From the NCBI GenBank assembly GCA_963815195.1, contig CAWFGE010000022.1:32001-96000 (forward strand): 64,000 nucleotides of DNA, given 5' to 3'. The stretch is from an uncultured Planctomycetaceae bacterium. GTDB lineage: Bacteria; Planctomycetota; Planctomycetia; Planctomycetales; Planctomycetaceae. Positions 60,547 to 64,000 of the stretch are shown one piece after another; positions within the stretch are counted from its first letter, which is position 1; each line of letters opens with the position of its first letter. The translations under genes and the position numbers were made by a program. Under the pieces are notes generated by a model, which had not been told where the DNA came from, made no database searches, and worked only from the letters and a program-made list of their open reading frames with translations.

Positions 60547-61233
60547 GTGACGACGCAACAATTTCCACAACCCGTTACTACAGATGAAGATACGAGGACT
60601 CGCCTCTTGAATGCGGCGGGGCCCGTGTTTGCCGACAAAGGATTTCACGGCGCGACGGTTCGTGAAATCTGCGAAGCGGCCGAAGTGAATATCGCCAGCG
60701 TGAACTACCACTTCGGCGACAAACAGCGGCTGTATATCGAGACCGTGAAGCGGGCTCATCAACTTCGCACAGAGCGGGCTCCGTTGCCGCGTTGGCCCGC
60801 CGGGACGCCGGCGGATTTGAAGCTGCGGGATTTTATCCGCACGCTGCTGACGCGGATGATCGCCACGGACGAGGCCCCCTGGCAGCACCGGCTGATGATG
60901 CAGGAGACGCTCAATCCCACGCAGGCCTGCCGGGAAATGGTGGAGGACTACATTCGCCCCGAGTTCGACCGGCTGCTCGCCATCCTCGAGGAACTCTTGC
61001 CGCCGGAGGTCCCGCTCGTGCGACGGCATCAAATGGCGTTCAGCATTGTGGGGCAATGTTTGTTCTACAAGATCGGCGGTGGGGTTGCCCGGATTCTGGT
61101 CAGCGAAGACGAGTTTTCCGAGCAATTCACCGCGGAGAATCTGGCCAACCACATTGCCGACGTGTCCCTGGCCGCGCTCGGTGTGTTGCCGTCTTTCGCG
61201 GAGACGGCTCCGGACACCCGCGAAGAACAATAG
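60547..61233 (+). CDS. TetR/AcrR-family regulator (CecR/YbiH-like)
   Basis: TRTRLLNAAGPVFADKGFHGATVREICEAAEVNIASVNYHFGDK and FSIVGQC. Confidence 0.9.
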   Translation: MTTQQFPQPVTTDEDTRTRLLNAAGPVFADKGFHGATVREICEAAEVNIASVNYHFGDKQRLYIETVKRAHQLRTERAPLPRWPAGTPADLKLRDFIRTLLTRMIATDEAPWQHRLMMQETLNPTQACREMVEDYIRPEFDRLLAILEELLPPEVPLVRRHQMAFSIVGQCLFYKIGGGVARILVSEDEFSEQFTAENLANHIADVSLAALGVLPSFAETAPDTREEQ

Positions 61234-61294
61234 ACCAGGTTTTTGACGCGTGCTTCCGTCCCTTTTGTTTCCTTTTTCCCGTCAGGATATTTCG

Positions 61295-62711
61295 ATGAAG
61301 ACCCAGGCGCAGGCTTTGGGAACGACTCGCGCCTTTGATTGTGATCGCGGCGGGGATCGGCGTGTTCGCGGCCCTGGGGAGCCGCCCCGCCATGAAACCG
61401 AAGGCCCAAGACAAAACCGCCATGCCCCTGGTGGAAGTCGTCGCCGCCAAAAGGCACGAGCAAGGTTTGGATTTCGAGGTGGACGGCGTCGCCGTCCCCC
61501 ATCGGGAACTTCTCTTGACCGCAAAAGTCGCCGGTTCGATCGAGTTCAAGGCCGACAACTGCAAAGCGGGGCGGTTCGTCAAAGCGGGGACGCGGCTCAT
61601 GGAAATCGATCCCCAGGACTACTCTTTGGAAGTCAAACGTCTCGGGCGGGAACTCAAACAGGCCGAGGGCAACATCCGCGAACTCGATGTGGAACGCGAC
61701 AACACCCGGGAATTGCTCAAATTGGCCGCGAAAGAAATGGAACTTCGCCAGAAAGAACTGGACCGCGTGGTGCGGTTGTTCGACCGCAGCGTCGGCACCG
61801 ACTCGGAAGTCGATACGGCGAAGCGGAACGAACTTTCGGCCCGCAACAACTGGACGACTTTGGCCAACCAGGAAAAGCTGCTCGCCGCCAAGCGAGACCG
61901 GCTCGAAGATGCCAAAGCCCTCGTGCAAACCCAGTTGGAGAAAGCGCAACTGGATTTGCGGCGCACCGGCATCACGGCTCCGGCGGACGGGGTGATTGTG
62001 ATGGATCATGTGGAAGCGGGGACTTACGTCCAACCGGGAACGACGCTGGTCACGCTCGAAGACACCTCGGCCGTGGAAGTGCGGTGCAACCTCCGCATGG
62101 AAGAGTTGAACTGGCTCTGGCGTCAGCAGGATGCGATGCACGTCGCCGCGGACGCGGACCCGGTGCAGGCCGATTACCAGTTTCCCGAAACCGAGGCCAC
62201 GGTGATTTATGAACTGGGCGGCCGGCGGTTTACGTGGAAGGGCCGGCTTTCGCGGTACGACGGCGTGGGCCTGGACGAGCGAACGCGGACGGTTCCCTGC
62301 CGGGTGTTTGTCAAGGAGCCGCGCGCAGTGGGATTGGAAGGCTCGGAGGGTCTGGCGGCCGAGTCTCCGACGATCGCCGGTCCGCCGGCGCTTGTTCGCG
62401 GGATGTTCGTCACGGTGCAGATTCACGCCCGTCCGCACGCGGAGCTGTTGGAGTTGCCGGAACGCGCGATTCGTCCGGGCAACGAAGTCTGGCGGGTCGT
62501 CAATGGGAAGTTGAACCGCTGCCGGGTTCACGTGGCCCGGGTATTGCCGGAGGGCGTGGTGATCGATGCGGCCCGCTCGGATTTGTCGGCGGGAGATCAA
62601 GTGGTGGTGACGCCCCTTTCCGACACGCCCCGAGCCGACGGTTTAGGGTACATCGAAGAAGGCAGGCCCGTCCGCCTCAAAACCAAAGCGAAGCCGAAAA
62701 CCCAGTTATGA
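61295..62711 (+). CDS. RND efflux periplasmic adaptor (frameshift near 61307)
   Basis: MKTQ then RRLWERLAPLIVIAAG after removing one G; AKVAGSI, ITAPADGVI and GMFV. Confidence 0.88.
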
Positions 62712-62735
62712 TTCCATCGCGATGCGGCTAAGAAG

Positions 62736-62881
62736 TGTGAGCGGTAGGCGCGAGCCTCCGGTTTCGATGAAACGACAATCAAGGCCGGCGGCTAGCGCCG
62801 AACCGCTCATATTTGAAGGCCGGCGGCTAGCGCCGAACCGCTCATATTTGAAGGCCGGCGGCTAGCGCCGAACCGCTCATA
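62736..62881. repeat. REP family B: inverted copy plus three 35-bp tandem units
   Basis: AAGGCCGGCGGCTAGCGCCGAACCGCTCATATTTG at 62781, 62816 and 62851 (last copy truncated). Confidence 0.9.
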
Positions 62882-62906
62882 CTTTTCTGTTTAAGGTCTC
62901 CCCGTT

Positions 62907-64000
62907 ATGAAATCGGTCATCCGTTGGGCCGTGCAGAATACGCCCGCCATGAATACGCTGATGGTCAGCGTGCTCTTGGTGGGGGCGTTCAGCCTGTGGA
63001 CGATGCGGCGGGAGGTGTTCCCGGAGTTCGAGCTGGAAATCATCATGGTTTCCGTGCCCTATCCCGGGGCCAGCCCCTCCGAAGTCGAAGAAGGCATCTG
63101 CCAGAAGATCGAGGAAGCCGTGCGGACCATCGACGGCATCAAGAAGCAAACCGCCATCGCGGCGGAGGGCGTCGGCTCGATGGTCCTGGAGCTCAACTCC
63201 GACGTGAAGGACGTGCAGAAAGTCCTGGGCGAAGTCCGCTCGGAAATCGACCGCATCTCCACGTTCCCCGAACGCGCGGAGGATCCCGAAGTCAAACAGA
63301 TCACGATGCGGGAAGCGGTGATCCACGTGGGCGTCGTGGGACCGGACGTGGAAAGTCCGCAGGCCGAGCGGTATCTCCGCGAACTGGCCGAGCGCGTCCG
63401 CGAGGAATTGATCGGCCTCCAGCCTGAAAATCAAAACGAGAATCAAGAACAGTCAAAGCTTCAAAGAGTCCTGGCGAAAATCCGCAGCCAATTCGTCGCT
63501 CCGACGAACATTTCGCAGGCGGAGGTCAAGGCGGCGAAGAATTACCAGATCGACGTGGAGATCAGCGAGGACACGCTCCGCGAGCACGGCTTGACCTTGG
63601 CCCAGGTTTCGCAACTCATCCGCCGGAACAACGTCGAGCTTCCCGCCGGCACGATCAAAACCGATTCGCAGGATGTGCTCGTCAAGGGCAAGGACAAATC
63701 GCTGACCGGCGAGGGGATTGCGGACCTTCCCGTGCTCACGCAGCCCGGCGGGACCGTGCTCACCGTCGGCGACCTGGCCACGGTGCGGGACCAGTTCGAC
63801 GACACGACCGCGATGACCCGCGTCAACGGCCAGCCGGCGATGGTGATCGCCGTCGAGCGGACTTCCAAGGAAGACCTGCTCGCGATGACTGCGGCCGTCC
63901 GGGATTACGTCAAACAGAAAGCCATGCCCGCGGGCTATCATTTGATGTACTGGGGCGACCGCTCGGTGGAAGTCCGCGACCGCCTGAATCTGCTCCAGAG
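62907..64000 (+). CDS. RND efflux permease, 3'-truncated by window edge
   Basis: MKSVIRWAVQN..RREVFPEFELE..VPYPGASPSEVEEGICQKIEE; frame stays open to the window end. Confidence 0.92.
   Translation, partial: MKSVIRWAVQNTPAMNTLMVSVLLVGAFSLWTMRREVFPEFELEIIMVSVPYPGASPSEVEEGICQKIEEAVRTIDGIKKQTAIAAEGVGSMVLELNSDVKDVQKVLGEVRSEIDRISTFPERAEDPEVKQITMREAVIHVGVVGPDVESPQAERYLRELAERVREELIGLQPENQNENQEQSKLQRVLAKIRSQFVAPTNISQAEVKAAKNYQIDVEISEDTLREHGLTLAQVSQLIRRNNVELPAGTIKTDSQDVLVKGKDKSLTGEGIADLPVLTQPGGTVLTVGDLATVRDQFDDTTAMTRVNGQPAMVIAVERTSKEDLLAMTAAVRDYVKQKAMPAGYHLMYWGDRSVEVRDRLNLLQ

Noticed and set aside
24960..61310. Programmed frameshifting or mass pseudogenisation
   Set aside because: There is no shared slippery motif, the genes are unrelated, and I saw no nonsense mutations. 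Assembly indels are the simpler explanation.

Overview
This is a GC-rich chromosomal window from a Planctomycete, probably Planctomycetales. The assignment rests on lineage-typical genes: a DUF1559 prepilin-like protein with its partner lipoprotein, a PVC-type CxxCH heme protein, DUF3500 and DUF1080. Most of the window is housekeeping and envelope genes: beta-carbonic anhydrase, a fatty acid desaturase, two RND efflux loci, groES-groEL, a PfkB kinase, qNor NO reductase, a radical SAM enzyme, apbE-nqrM, lhgO, mobA-moeA-moeA/PBP, two Hsp20s and a Tad secretin module. Accessory genes include a solo RelE-like/UvrD helicase fusion, a solo HsdR_N-type nuclease, a pseudokinase, a papain-like orphan, and a lower-GC block bounded by GTAG-REPs that carries an SMI1/KNR4-like immunity gene and a HExxH peptidase. 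The strongest non-coding signal is a shared architecture upstream of both chaperone operons (groES-groEL and hsp20-hsp20): a sigma54 -24/-12 promoter plus upstream TGYCA-AAA-TGRCA boxes, with no CIRCE. This suggests an enhancer-driven sigma54 heat-shock regulon. Several REP-like palindrome families fill the intergenic spaces, some expanded into 35-47 bp tandem arrays. At least 12 genes beyond about 24.9 kb carry 1-2 nt frameshifts, most likely assembly indels. I recognised no rRNA, tRNA, CRISPR array or transposase. All product calls come from motif recognition by eye, not database searches.
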